This document shows positions 41,031 to 51,121 of a DNA stretch of 64,000 nucleotides, piece after piece. The translations under genes and the position numbers were made by a program. The DNA comes from Chitinophagales bacterium. Lineage in GTDB: Bacteria > Bacteroidota > Bacteroidia > Chitinophagales > JADIYW01. Below the pieces are notes generated by a model that searched no databases, was not told the DNA's origin, and worked only from the letters and a program-made list of their open reading frames with translations. How positions within the stretch are numbered: position 1 is the stretch's first letter; each line of letters opens with the position of its first letter. The stretch covers positions 119,801 through 183,800 of the forward strand of contig JAGNZZ010000001.1 in assembly GCA_017984135.1 (NCBI GenBank), written 5' to 3'.

Positions 41031-41066
41031 AATAAAAAATCCTGAACTTTTTTAAAGTTCAGGATT
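41031..41066 (-). terminator. Rho-independent terminator after the 41104..41523 gene
   Basis: 12-bp stem aatcctgaactt / aagttcaggatt. On the minus strand it is followed by TTTTTTATT. Confidence 0.7.
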
Positions 41067-41103
41067 CACATCATTTGACTTCAAGAATTAAACCAGCATT
41101 ACT

Positions 41104-41523
41104 TTATGATTTAATGCTGTTTAAAATTTTATTGAACTCTTCGTATTGTTTAAGTTCAACTAAATTAGGATCATTTTCCAATTTTGCTTTGTTATTAAAA
41201 CCGGCATTTACAGCTTCTTTGAGTGCTTTTAATGCTTGGAATTTGTCGTTGGTACGTGTTAAAGAACAAGCTTGATTGTACATAATTTGTGCATATACAT
41301 TACTGTAATTTGCTTTTTCCTTATCCGTTAAAGTATTGTACGAATTTAACCAAACAGTTACCGTTTTATTGGCATTTTCGTATTGGTTGGCAGCGATATA
41401 CTTTGCCGAAAGTGCCTGCATTTGTTGTGAATAGGTTTCAAACTGTGAAACATTGATGGCTGGTTTTGCGATAGATAGAAGACATAAGCTTCCTAATACT
41501 ATCATAAGAGATAATTTTTTCAT
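41104..41523 (-). CDS. Hypothetical secreted helical (TPR-like) protein
   Basis: Signal peptide and a helical repeat appearance. It has its own terminator. Confidence 0.5.
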   Translation of the reverse strand: MKKLSLMIVLGSLCLLSIAKPAINVSQFETYSQQMQALSAKYIAANQYENANKTVTVWLNSYNTLTDKEKANYSNVYAQIMYNQACSLTRTNDKFQALKALKEAVNAGFNNKAKLENDPNLVELKQYEEFNKILNSIKS

Positions 41524-41638
41524 GTGTTTAATTTTTAAATGATTAAGATTTTTTTTTAATAGTTTTTTTATTTTTTAATGAGTCAAAACATTCGAACATT
41601 TATTACAATTATTACTGACTTTTAAGATATTTTAACGG

Positions 41639-43447
41639 TTAATCAATTGGTATTAATTCACCATTTACCATTCTGAAAATATAATGTTGTTTGCTTAAAT
41701 TAATGTTTATTTCATCTTCAATTGAATCAAAATGATCATCTTGTTCATCGCTGAAACGTTCGTGTGCTTCTTGTATTTTTTCTCGTGCATGATCTAACTT
41801 TTCTTGAGCTCGATCTAATTCTTCTTCAATGTTTTTATTGCCTTCTACATTAATAATGATTTTTGTAGAATCTTTTTGAATTTGAATTTTTGCATTCGGG
41901 ATAACAGGTGGTGCAGGTGGTGCAGGTGGCATTGGATGTTTAACATAATCCCAGTTAAAAGAAATCATATCTAAGTCGATATATTTTTCAGTATTATTAT
42001 CCCAACGGATTATTTTGCCTTCAGGAACAAACACTTTTATTTTTAATTTCTGATTTCTGAATTTTATATTGTTTTTATTAAATTCAATAAAAGGATCTAT
42101 AACTATTCGGTTGTTTACCTGAGTCATTTGATGATTAAATGAAACCGCATTATCCAACGCTTCTTGTGTATTTCTGCCATTAGCGGAATATTCTCTAACA
42201 ATAGAAAATGAATCGTTTATACTTGGATATATTTCAATTTCAACTGGATAAATATTTTCATTATGGTCAGCCACTAATTCTATAATATCTGAAATTCCAT
42301 TAATTTCAATATTGTCACCAGAATGTTCATGATCTAATAATGCCGGATTGATAGTCAATTGCAATGTGTCCAAATTATCGGCATTTTGAATGCTAAAAGA
42401 CTGATTTATTTTGCGTTTTTCTGCTATCAATTGTTTTGCATGATAACCACTAATATTGATTAACAAAAATCCAAATAAAAACAAGCCGATTAATGGAAAA
42501 ACCAATTGTTTTCTAAGTGGTTTTGTTTTTTTAGATAATACATGAATTAACGTTACAACGCCTAAAATTACTGGAATAATACATATCAATAATATACCAA
42601 TACCAAACATCCAACCATCTGAGCTACTTTCAAAAAAGAATCGGTTGGCTAATGGAATTCCAAAAATGGAAATGAACGCAATTACCAAAGCACCAATAAA
42701 CAAGCCCAAAACAGTGGCACCTCCAATTAATGCAGCTAAAACAGCACCTAATCCCAAAATAAATTTGATAAATAAGAGTACAAATTTTCCGATAAAGTTG
42801 ACAATTTTAGACAAAACGCCATTGGAGTTTTTACTTACATTATCCGATACTTTATTGAATTCATCTTTCACCTTTTTTTCGATATTACTCAAGTTGATTT
42901 TTTCCCCTTTCATTTCTAATTTTTGAGCCGAAGTAGTTGCTTCTGGCAAAATTATCCATAAGATAAGATAGATTAAAAATGGTGAACCAAATCCAATTAT
43001 AACAAAAATAATGAATGCTAATCGCAACCAAACGGGATCGTTAATGCCAAAGTAATAACTCAATCCGGAACATACACCAGCAACTAATGCATTGTCGTTG
43101 TCTCTAAACAATCGTTTGGAAGTAGATGTAGATGCAAATTCGGTTTGTGTAGTGGTATTTTGTTCCGCCGTTGTGTTGGTTGAGTCTTCTGAAACATCAA
43201 ATTCTTCGGGCTTTCCCATGTTATTAATTGCAGCATTTGCATCTTCCATGGAAATAATAATATTTTTTCCTTTAGCTAAAAACAGCTCGGCAAAACGTGC
43301 CTTAATATCGTTTAAAATTTCATCTTTACCTTCTTCATTTACATAAAATTTTTCTAATGAATTAAAGTAAGAAAGTAATTGTTCGTACGCATCTTCATTG
43401 ATGTTGAAGATTTGTCCAGCAAGGTTAATATTGAAAGTCTTTATCAT
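41639..43447 (-). CDS. PspC-domain membrane protein (large, with a C-terminal extracytoplasmic region)
   Basis: PspC motif RLFRDNDNALVAGVCSGLSYYFGINDPVWLRLAFII. Multiple TM helices. Directly downstream of padR. Confidence 0.75.
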   Translation of the reverse strand: MIKTFNINLAGQIFNINEDAYEQLLSYFNSLEKFYVNEEGKDEILNDIKARFAELFLAKGKNIIISMEDANAAINNMGKPEEFDVSEDSTNTTAEQNTTTQTEFASTSTSKRLFRDNDNALVAGVCSGLSYYFGINDPVWLRLAFIIFVIIGFGSPFLIYLILWIILPEATTSAQKLEMKGEKINLSNIEKKVKDEFNKVSDNVSKNSNGVLSKIVNFIGKFVLLFIKFILGLGAVLAALIGGATVLGLFIGALVIAFISIFGIPLANRFFFESSSDGWMFGIGILLICIIPVILGVVTLIHVLSKKTKPLRKQLVFPLIGLFLFGFLLINISGYHAKQLIAEKRKINQSFSIQNADNLDTLQLTINPALLDHEHSGDNIEINGISDIIELVADHNENIYPVEIEIYPSINDSFSIVREYSANGRNTQEALDNAVSFNHQMTQVNNRIVIDPFIEFNKNNIKFRNQKLKIKVFVPEGKIIRWDNNTEKYIDLDMISFNWDYVKHPMPPAPPAPPVIPNAKIQIQKDSTKIIINVEGNKNIEEELDRAQEKLDHAREKIQEAHERFSDEQDDHFDSIEDEININLSKQHYIFRMVNGELIPID

Positions 43448-43475
43448 GACGTTTATTTTTATTTATTATGATTTT

Positions 43476-43847
43476 TTAGTTTGATTCTTCTATTTTTTGA
43501 TAATTGCTTGCCTTTTCTACGGCATTAGAAAGTTCGTTCCAGGTTCCTTTTAAATCATCCAAAGCAGATTGACCGTCAAGCGTTAAAGTAAAATATTTTC
43601 TAGGTGGTCCTGAATTGGATTCTTTCCATTCGTAGGTGAGTAGTCCTGCGTTTTTTAATCGAGTAAGCAGTGGATAAACGGTTCCTTCCACCACTAACAT
43701 ATTTGCATTTTTTAAAGCATCTAAAATATCGGAAGCATAAACTTCGCCGCGCGAAATAATTCCAAGAATACAAAATTCCAAGATGCCTTTTCGCATCTGT
43801 ATTTTCGTATTTTCGGTACTAAACGCTGTTGATTGTTGTGTAGCCAT
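43476..43847 (-). CDS. PadR-family transcriptional regulator
   Basis: Winged-helix block GILEFCILGIISRGEVYASDILDAL...EGTVYPLLTRLKNAGLL. Confidence 0.9.
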   Translation of the reverse strand: MATQQSTAFSTENTKIQMRKGILEFCILGIISRGEVYASDILDALKNANMLVVEGTVYPLLTRLKNAGLLTYEWKESNSGPPRKYFTLTLDGQSALDDLKGTWNELSNAVEKASNYQKIEESN

Positions 43848-43887
43848 GTTATTAATTAATTTGTTTTAATCGTTAATATTCTAAAAA

Positions 43888-44241
43888 TTATTTTTGAAGG
43901 ATAAATCTCATTGAATTTATTTTTCCTGGTTGAGCTACATAATGGTAAGTAGCATTTTCAATAAATTTCACCACTTCTTCTTTTGCTTTATTGCTTTCAC
44001 TGTTTACGTAGGTAATAAATGCTTTTCCATTTTCATTGATCATGTAATCCACATTTACTTCTGTGCGTTCTTCAAGATTGCTTTCATCCTCATTTTTTAA
44101 TTTTAGGTTGCTTACATCCAATCTCTCCACTTTGAGCATTGCTTGTTGGTGGTTGTAATTTTTGTTGTTTTTTGCAAAACTTTCTTTTTCGAGTGCAGGT
44201 AACATTACTAATGTTATGGCTGCGATTATTAGATTATTCAT
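43888..44241 (-). CDS. Hypothetical small secreted protein (first gene of the padR-pspC operon)
   Basis: Signal-like N-terminus, same strand and 40 nt upstream of padR, with a -7 box upstream. Confidence 0.45.
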   Translation of the reverse strand: MNNLIIAAITLVMLPALEKESFAKNNKNYNHQQAMLKVERLDVSNLKLKNEDESNLEERTEVNVDYMINENGKAFITYVNSESNKAKEEVVKFIENATYHYVAQPGKINSMRFILQK

Positions 44242-44285
44242 ATTGTTTTATTTTAAGATTTTACTTAACCAAGTATTTTACAATG

Positions 44286-44293
44286 CAAAGATA
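44286..44293 (-). promoter_or_regulatory. Bacteroidota -7 box (TATCTTTG) for the 44241-padR-pspC operon
   Basis: Perfect TAnnTTTG on the minus strand, 44 nt upstream of ATG 44241. Confidence 0.4.
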
Positions 44294-44305
44294 AGTTTAA
44301 AACAT

Positions 44306-44321
44306 TGTATTATGCAATACA
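44306..44321. promoter_or_regulatory. Palindrome TGTATT-ATGC-AATACA, candidate PadR operator
   Basis: 6-bp perfect inverted arms located 13-28 nt upstream of the -7 box (the -33 region). It overlaps a second inverted repeat, tacaatg/cattgta (44279-44285 / 44303-44309). Confidence 0.3.
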
Positions 44322-44432
44322 TAGTAGTATATTTTAACATTTATTTTTATAAATAGTTGATTATTAATAGTAAAAAAATTAAATTTTTTGTTGAATTAAT
44401 ATTCATTTTAACATAAAATGCGTAAATTAATG

Positions 44433-44440
44433 TACTTTTG
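44433..44440 (+). promoter_or_regulatory. Bacteroidota -7 box (TACTTTTG) abutting the MscS-family gene start
   Basis: Perfect TAnnTTTG followed by 4 nt (aagt) and ATG 44445. Confidence 0.45.
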
Positions 44441-44444
44441 AAGT

Positions 44445-46058
44445 ATGATTTTTATGCGATTTTATAATTTCATTTTATTAATTCTAATTTTATCAGCAAA
44501 AATTGGTGTATCGGCTACAGCAGATGCCAATAATTCACCGTATGATGTAGTATATAATCACACTCATTTTTTAAAAAACACTTCCTATGATGAATTAAAA
44601 TCGGCGAATTCATTTAATATTCCAAATAGAAAAAAACGCATTGAAGCGGCGAAAGATTTATATGAAATTTTATATGGAAAAGGAATTGATTTAAATGCAC
44701 TTGTTCGTAAAACACCTGATAATCCAAGCTATATAGATTCAGCCAGCTTTAGAGCAATTTATATTTTAGACAAACATTTGCCAGAAGTTTTTGTAGAGAA
44801 AGTAGGAAATCATTGGTATTATTCGCAAGCCACTATAGATGTATTGCCTTCGTTGCATAAAAAAATATTCCCATTTGGCACCAATTTTTGGGCAAATTGG
44901 TTTCCGTTTCATGCTAATGAAAAGTACTTGAAACTACATCCATGGCAATGGATAGGAATTGGTATAATAAGTGTTGCATTCTTGTTTGCGTTTTTTTTAT
45001 TGCGTTTCTTTTTCCATTTTATTTTTAATAAATTTTTATTTAAAAAATATGCCAATGAAATTCAAGATGTAGATAAATTAAAATCGATTTCAAAATTATT
45101 TTCTATTTGGATTGGCTTTATAGTTTTACAAACATTTATCCCAACACTTTTTATTTCTCCCAAATATTCCATCGCACTAATCAACGGTGTAAATTTTATT
45201 GCAGCATCCATCCTTGTTATTGTAATTTATAAACTGGTAGAACTTTTTATTTTTTATGTTTTAAAATATAAAAATGATTCCTCAGAACAATGGAACGAAC
45301 AAGTTATTTCTGTAGCACAAAAGTTTATAAAATTCACGGTTGTATTTGTAGGATTGTTTTATGTATTAAATACATTAGGCGTTAATTTTGCCACTATCAT
45401 CGCCGGTTTATCGGTCGGCGGTTTGGCATTAGCGTTGGCTGCACAAGATACCGTCAAAAATTTTATATCATCGGTAATGATTTTTATTGACAAGCCATTT
45501 AAACTAGGCGATACCATTAAAAGTGATAGTGTAGAAGGTGTAGTACAAGAAGTTGGATTTCGTTCCACACGAATTAAAACGGCTGATGAATCTTTGATTT
45601 ATATATCGAATGCCAAGTTATTGGAAATGATTATTGATAATAAAGGCTATCGTGTATTTAAGAAATTTAAAACTGAAATTCTATTGCCTTATCATACGCC
45701 ACTACATATTGTTGAACAATTTATTGAAGGTATAAAAACAATTTTATTAAAATATCCATACACTAAAAATTCTACGATTGATGTGCATCTTTCCAATATA
45801 AAAGAAACTGGAATTTCTATTACGATTAGTTATACGTATAAAGTATATAATCAGCGTGAAGAGTTAAATCATCGCGAATTTATTTTACTAAAAATATTAA
45901 GTTTAGCTGAATTATTGCACATCAAATTATTTGAAAATAAAAATCAAATTATTACTACAAACCCTGAACCTGATGAAGTATTAAATGTGGATGATGTAAG
46001 CCATAAACTAGATAAATTTTTTGTTCAGTTTGATGATCAAGTGAGTAAAGTAAAATAA
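44445..46058 (+). CDS. Mechanosensitive ion channel (MscS) family protein with an extended N-terminal periplasmic/TM region
   Basis: MscS core (GLSVGGLALALAAQDTVKNFISSVMIFIDKPFKLGDTI...GVVQEVGFRSTRIKT). Confidence 0.85.
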   Translation: MIFMRFYNFILLILILSAKIGVSATADANNSPYDVVYNHTHFLKNTSYDELKSANSFNIPNRKKRIEAAKDLYEILYGKGIDLNALVRKTPDNPSYIDSASFRAIYILDKHLPEVFVEKVGNHWYYSQATIDVLPSLHKKIFPFGTNFWANWFPFHANEKYLKLHPWQWIGIGIISVAFLFAFFLLRFFFHFIFNKFLFKKYANEIQDVDKLKSISKLFSIWIGFIVLQTFIPTLFISPKYSIALINGVNFIAASILVIVIYKLVELFIFYVLKYKNDSSEQWNEQVISVAQKFIKFTVVFVGLFYVLNTLGVNFATIIAGLSVGGLALALAAQDTVKNFISSVMIFIDKPFKLGDTIKSDSVEGVVQEVGFRSTRIKTADESLIYISNAKLLEMIIDNKGYRVFKKFKTEILLPYHTPLHIVEQFIEGIKTILLKYPYTKNSTIDVHLSNIKETGISITISYTYKVYNQREELNHREFILLKILSLAELLHIKLFENKNQIITTNPEPDEVLNVDDVSHKLDKFFVQFDDQVSKVK

Positions 46059-46104
46059 TTTTTTTAGTACATTTATTTTTTCAAATTTTTAATTATTATT
46101 ATTG

Positions 46105-46833
46105 ATGAATACTAAAGCGGAGATATTTAATGAAATTGTAGAAGAACGTCGTTCCATTCGAATTTATGATGCTCAATTTCCATTTGATGAAAGTGCAGTA
46201 ACACGAAGTTTAGAACGCGCATTGCTATCGCCTAATTCCAGTAATTTACAATTATGGGAATTTTATAGAGTAAAAACTAAATCCAAAAAAGAAGAATTAG
46301 TAACCTATTGTTTAGGTCAAAAATCTGCAAAAACAGCCAATGAATTAATTGTTATTGTAACGCGAAAAGATAAATGGAAAAAACATGCCAATTTTATTTT
46401 AAATGAAGCCATGAATGATTTTCCAGATAAATTAGAGAAGAAACATCATCTAATTATGAATTATTACAAAAAATTAATTCCAGCATTATACTATTCTGAT
46501 GTGGCTGATATTTCGGGTAAACTAAAGAAAATTGCGGCCGACTTTAGCGGCACATTTAAGCCCATTCCGCGTGAAGTAACCGCTACGGATGTTCGTATTG
46601 TGGTACATAAAAGTGCTGCTTTAGCTGCGCAAACTTTTATGCTCAGCATGAAAGCAGAAGGATATGATTCTTGTCCAATGGAAGGTTATGATAGTGAACG
46701 AGTCAAAAAGTTTTTAAAATTACCCAAAGCAGCTGAAATTAACATGATTATTTCGGTGGGAAAAGCCAAACCAGAAGGCATTTATGGCAAACGTGTACGT
46801 GTTCCTAAAAATGAAGTTTTATTTGAAATTTAA
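46105..46833 (+). CDS. Nitroreductase-family protein
   Basis: RRSIR..D...P......L..A..SPNSSNLQ.W.F pattern and a conserved C-terminal GY block. Confidence 0.8.
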   Translation: MNTKAEIFNEIVEERRSIRIYDAQFPFDESAVTRSLERALLSPNSSNLQLWEFYRVKTKSKKEELVTYCLGQKSAKTANELIVIVTRKDKWKKHANFILNEAMNDFPDKLEKKHHLIMNYYKKLIPALYYSDVADISGKLKKIAADFSGTFKPIPREVTATDVRIVVHKSAALAAQTFMLSMKAEGYDSCPMEGYDSERVKKFLKLPKAAEINMIISVGKAKPEGIYGKRVRVPKNEVLFEI

Positions 46834-47435
46834 TGGAACCACTACTCAAAGGAATACTTGCCGGAATCACTATTAGTTTGATGGTTGGACCCATTTTTTT
46901 AGCCTTAGCCGATATTACGATGTCGAAAGGTTGGCGCAGTGGATTGGCGTATGTTTTTGGCGTGATAGTGAGTGATATTATTTTAATTTATTGCATAGAA
47001 ACGCTGCTGCAACAGTTTCCTTTTGATAATGAATTAAAACAGAAAATTGGTTTAATTGGCGGCGTACTTTTAATGGTGTTTGGTGTGGTTACGTATTTAG
47101 CAAGGTCTAATTTAAAAGCAGTTGATGTAACTTCTGTTAAAACCATTATGGGTGCAATTTTGAAAGGTGTTACCATTAATATTTTCAATCCGTTTGTGAC
47201 TGTTTGGTGGATAACGATGTATTCTACCATTTCTATTCAATATAATTCCAATTCGGATAAATTTTTATTCTATTTTGGAATATTGTGGATGGTGTTTTTA
47301 TTTGATTTATTGAAAATGAAATTTGCGTATTACTTAAAACAAAGATTAACGTTGCAAAATTTAGGCTACCTTAAAAAAATTGTGGGTGTTTGTTTATTTC
47401 TTTTTGGTATTGGAATGATTGTGAAAGTAATCTAA
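46833..47435 (+). CDS. LysE-family amino-acid efflux translocator
   Basis: ~200 aa, 6 TM helices, N-terminal GPIF(L) motif (MVGPIFLAL). Confidence 0.7.
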   Translation: MEPLLKGILAGITISLMVGPIFLALADITMSKGWRSGLAYVFGVIVSDIILIYCIETLLQQFPFDNELKQKIGLIGGVLLMVFGVVTYLARSNLKAVDVTSVKTIMGAILKGVTINIFNPFVTVWWITMYSTISIQYNSNSDKFLFYFGILWMVFLFDLLKMKFAYYLKQRLTLQNLGYLKKIVGVCLFLFGIGMIVKVI

Positions 47436-47503
47436 AAATCAACTTAAAATACTGTTCTATTTCTGTTTCTGTTTTGATTTTATTCAATTACAATATTTCT
47501 GAC

Positions 47504-48409
47504 TTACGATGCTTCTTCATCATCTTGCATCGCAAAGGCTATGCTTTTATAGTTGACATAATCATCTACTGTATTGAATCGAAAATTAGGATATTCAGCC
47601 ATGAATTTTCTATTTTTCAAACCACCTTGCAATGGACGTGCTGCCGGCGCGTTAATTTGTTCAGTAGTTAAAGGAATTAATTCATATTCGGCATCTGGAA
47701 AATATTTTAAAATGGTTAGTGCCAATTGTATTCGATTCATATAATCGGTTCCTGCAATATTATAAATTCCAGATTTGCCATCATTTATTAATAAATACAA
47801 ACAACGTGCTATGTCAGCAGCATTAATTGGAGTGGCATATTGGTCAATCGGTAAACGTAAGTTGAGTTTTTGTTGTTCAAATATTTGATCAATCATCCGT
47901 GATACAAAATTTTTGCCACGTTCTTCATCGCCATATACATTTGTAATGCGTAAAACTAAATTAGTTTGATTTGCGTTTAAAACGGCTTGTTCGGCTTCTA
48001 ATTTATGCTTTCCATAAATAGATATTGGATTCGTCGTGGCTGTTTCTTCATAAGGTCCATCGTTGCCATCAAAAATATAATCGGTAGAAATAAACACTAA
48101 TTTGGCATTGAGTGTTTTACTTAGTTCAATCATGTTTTGAGTGGAAACCACTGTTTTTTCGTAACTTTCAGCTTCATTTTGTTCACAATAATCTACATGT
48201 GTCAAAGCACCACAATGTACAATTACATTGGGATTAAATTTATGCACATCAAAATTATTTTCATTTTCCAAATTTAAGGTATCATAGAAAACAGTTTGTT
48301 TGGTTTCGTAAGAAAAATAAGTGCCTACACAATTCCAACCTTTTTCTTTAAAGGCATTAAAACAATTAGAACCTACTAAGCCAGATGCACCAATGATGAG
48401 AACTTTCAT
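47504..48409 (-). CDS. RmlD-like NAD(P)-dependent sugar-nucleotide reductase (dTDP-4-dehydrorhamnose reductase family)
   Basis: MKVLIIGASGLVGS Rossmann start, STDYIFDG, and YGKHK (YxxxK). Confidence 0.75.
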   Translation of the reverse strand: MKVLIIGASGLVGSNCFNAFKEKGWNCVGTYFSYETKQTVFYDTLNLENENNFDVHKFNPNVIVHCGALTHVDYCEQNEAESYEKTVVSTQNMIELSKTLNAKLVFISTDYIFDGNDGPYEETATTNPISIYGKHKLEAEQAVLNANQTNLVLRITNVYGDEERGKNFVSRMIDQIFEQQKLNLRLPIDQYATPINAADIARCLYLLINDGKSGIYNIAGTDYMNRIQLALTILKYFPDAEYELIPLTTEQINAPAARPLQGGLKNRKFMAEYPNFRFNTVDDYVNYKSIAFAMQDDEEAS

Positions 48410-48435
48410 TTTTATATTTTTATAATTTTAATTTG

Positions 48436-49464
48436 TTACCATTTAATTTGATTAAATTTTTTTAATCCTTTTATGAAATATAACCATACGATACTATCGT
48501 TCAAAATACCTGTTTTATTTGGTATTTTGGTGGTAAATTGCTGTTCTATTTCATTTCTTTTTTTATCCCATTTAGGCTTGTTTTTATAATAAGCTTTAAT
48601 GGCATTTTTAATGGCATTTGCTTCTTTAAAATTTAACGTTAAACATGCTTTTAACCAAGCAATGCCATCCAACATATTTCTTATGAAAGCAATGGAATGA
48701 AGTTCATTTGAGGATAAATTTTTATGTAATAATATGCGATTATTTCTAAAATTTAAAAATGTTTTTTGTGGATTTGATTTATTTAAAGTGCCGCCACCTA
48801 CATGATACACAATACTATCTGCACAATAGTAAATTTTATAGCCTATATTTTTTAATCGCCAACATAAATCAATTTCTTCCATGTGCGCAAAAAAATCGGA
48901 ATCTAATCCACCTACAGCGTGATACAATTTTGCACGAATAAATAAGCAAGCACCACTTGCCCAAAAAATTTCAATATTAGAATTGTATTGACCAACATCG
49001 GTTTCGCAAGTTTCAAAAATCCGACCTCTACAAAACGGAAAACCATATTTATCTATAAAACCACCAGCAGCACCTGCATATTCAAATTTATTTTTATCGG
49101 AATGAGATAAAATTTTAGGTTGACAAGCGGCGATAGTTTCATCTTGTTGCATGTAATAAATTACATGTTCTATCCAATTAGGAGTTACTTCGACATCTGA
49201 ATTTAGAAGTACATAAAAATCACTTTCAATATGCTGTAATGCATCGTGATATCCACCTGCATAACCAGTATTTACTTTGTTTGAAACAATTTTAATGTTA
49301 GGAAACTTAGCAGCAAGAAACTCAATGGAATCATCCGTAGAAGCATTGTCTGCAATAATAATTTCAGTATTAGGATAAGTAGAATGTTGTATCACATTGG
49401 GTAAAAATTTTTCTAACCAATGTTTCCCATTATAATTTAATATGACGACAGCTACTTTTTGCAA
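48436..49464 (-). CDS. Family-2 glycosyltransferase
   Basis: VAVVILNYNG...IIADNASTD...LNSDVEV (DxD-like). TTG start. Confidence 0.85.
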   Translation of the reverse strand: MQKVAVVILNYNGKHWLEKFLPNVIQHSTYPNTEIIIADNASTDDSIEFLAAKFPNIKIVSNKVNTGYAGGYHDALQHIESDFYVLLNSDVEVTPNWIEHVIYYMQQDETIAACQPKILSHSDKNKFEYAGAAGGFIDKYGFPFCRGRIFETCETDVGQYNSNIEIFWASGACLFIRAKLYHAVGGLDSDFFAHMEEIDLCWRLKNIGYKIYYCADSIVYHVGGGTLNKSNPQKTFLNFRNNRILLHKNLSSNELHSIAFIRNMLDGIAWLKACLTLNFKEANAIKNAIKAYYKNKPKWDKKRNEIEQQFTTKIPNKTGILNDSIVWLYFIKGLKKFNQIKW

Positions 49465-49488
49465 ACTATATTGAATAAAAATGTCTCT

Positions 49489-50370
49489 TTAATATTTAAT
49501 GCCGGCACGTTTCCAACGACGATGGCTCCAAAGCCAGTATTCCGGTTTTTGTTGAATATCATTTTCCAACAAACGTACGTATTTTTCTACAATTTCATCT
49601 TCTGTATTTTTCGCTGCATGTTTGGTGATGGTGTCGAATTTTATTTCATAAAAACCACGATTTATTTTTTGGATGGAAGCATATAAAACAATGGCATCGG
49701 TTTTTTGTGCTAATGCGCCAAAACCTTTGTAAAATGGTGTGTTTTGACTCAAGAATTTTGTCCAATATGCTTTGTCTGTTTCCACTGGTGTTTGGTCTGC
49801 AACAAATGCCACTAAACAAGGTTGTTTTTTTAATTCAACATAAAGAGATTTAAGTTGATGATTGGCAATTAATTGACCACCTAATCGAGTTCTGTTTTTT
49901 AATAAAAATTTTTCAAACGTTTTATTACTGGGTGAAGCATAAAGCGCAATTGATGGTAATTTTGTTTCTAATGCAGCAAGGAGCGAAGCCCATTCCCAAT
50001 TACCATAATGGCCTAATACAATGAATATAGATTGTCCACTTTGTTCATATTTTTTAAGCAAAGCATAACTTTCATGTTGAATAAGCATACGTTGTGCCAG
50101 TTGTTTTCTAGACATGGTTATACTTTTTATGGTTTCCATCAAAAAATCAGCTAGATGCCTATAATAATTATTTCGAATGAACCATAATTCTTCACTTCGT
50201 TTATCGGGAAATGCATGGATTAAATTGAGGTCAATAATTGATTTTCGATATGGAATTATTCTATTAAAAATAAAATATAATAAATCACTCAAGAAAAGTA
50301 AAAATGAAAAAGGTAAATAGGAAAGTAGCTGAGCGCAGAAAAGTCCTATTTTTGTTAAAAGCCATTGCAT
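49489..50370 (-). CDS. Lysophospholipid/lipid A late acyltransferase family protein (LpxL/HtrB-like)
   Basis: N-terminal TM and an HxxxxE-type block (GHYGNWEW), ~290 aa. Confidence 0.7.
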   Translation of the reverse strand: MQWLLTKIGLFCAQLLSYLPFSFLLFLSDLLYFIFNRIIPYRKSIIDLNLIHAFPDKRSEELWFIRNNYYRHLADFLMETIKSITMSRKQLAQRMLIQHESYALLKKYEQSGQSIFIVLGHYGNWEWASLLAALETKLPSIALYASPSNKTFEKFLLKNRTRLGGQLIANHQLKSLYVELKKQPCLVAFVADQTPVETDKAYWTKFLSQNTPFYKGFGALAQKTDAIVLYASIQKINRGFYEIKFDTITKHAAKNTEDEIVEKYVRLLENDIQQKPEYWLWSHRRWKRAGIKY

Positions 50371-50394
50371 GGTGCTAAATTAGGTATATTTTAA

Positions 50395-50414
50395 GATTTC
50401 AGAATTATGATTTT
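50395..50414. repeat. Copy of the short dispersed repeat GATTTCAGAnTTATGATTTT
   Basis: gatttcagaattatgatttt matches gatttcagatttatgatttt (60881-60900) at 18 of 20 positions by manual alignment. Lies 25-44 nt upstream of the minus-strand start at 50370. Confidence 0.5.
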
Positions 50415-50494
50415 ACAATATTTATGCTATTATTTTATTTATTTTTAAAACGTATAGAAATCCTGATTTTTAAATAATCAACTATCTTTACGGC

Positions 50495-51121
50495 ATGAAT
50501 AGAATGTTGATTGAGTCACAATACATTGGAACTTGTAGCTATTGGAAATTATTATTGAACGCTCCGGAAATATGTTTTGATAAGCATGAACATTATGTAA
50601 AACGAAGTTATAGAAATCGGGCACATATATTAAGTGCCAATGATGTATTGAGATTAAGTATTCCATTAGAAAGTGGAAAGAATCAACACTCAGCGATGAA
50701 AGATGTTCGTATTTCGTATAAAGAAGATTGGCAAAGTTTACATTGGCAAAGCTTAATTTCCTGTTACAGTCGTTCTCCTTTTTTTGAGTTTTATGAAGAT
50801 AGAATTAAGCCATTTTACATCAAAAAATATGATTATTTATTAGAATTTAATCTTGATTATTTCAATGTGATTTCATCCATCTTAAAACGAAATATCACAG
50901 TACATGAATTAGATCGTTACTATAAATCGGAAGAGTATCATGGAAATGATTTTAGGAATTTTATATTACCCAGAAATGCACGTATCGAATATTTTCCGGA
51001 ATATACACAAGTGTTTAATGATAGAATGGAATTTAAACCAGAATTATGTGTGTTGGATTTAATTTTTAATACTGGAAATCAAAGCGCCACTTATCTTGAT
51101 AAGATTGTACTTAAATTTTAA
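50495..51121 (+). CDS. WbqC-family protein
   Basis: IESQYIGTCSYW...KHEHYVKRSYRNRAHILSANDVLRLSIPL matches my recollection of the WbqC-like family. Confidence 0.7.
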   Translation: MNRMLIESQYIGTCSYWKLLLNAPEICFDKHEHYVKRSYRNRAHILSANDVLRLSIPLESGKNQHSAMKDVRISYKEDWQSLHWQSLISCYSRSPFFEFYEDRIKPFYIKKYDYLLEFNLDYFNVISSILKRNITVHELDRYYKSEEYHGNDFRNFILPRNARIEYFPEYTQVFNDRMEFKPELCVLDLIFNTGNQSATYLDKIVLKF

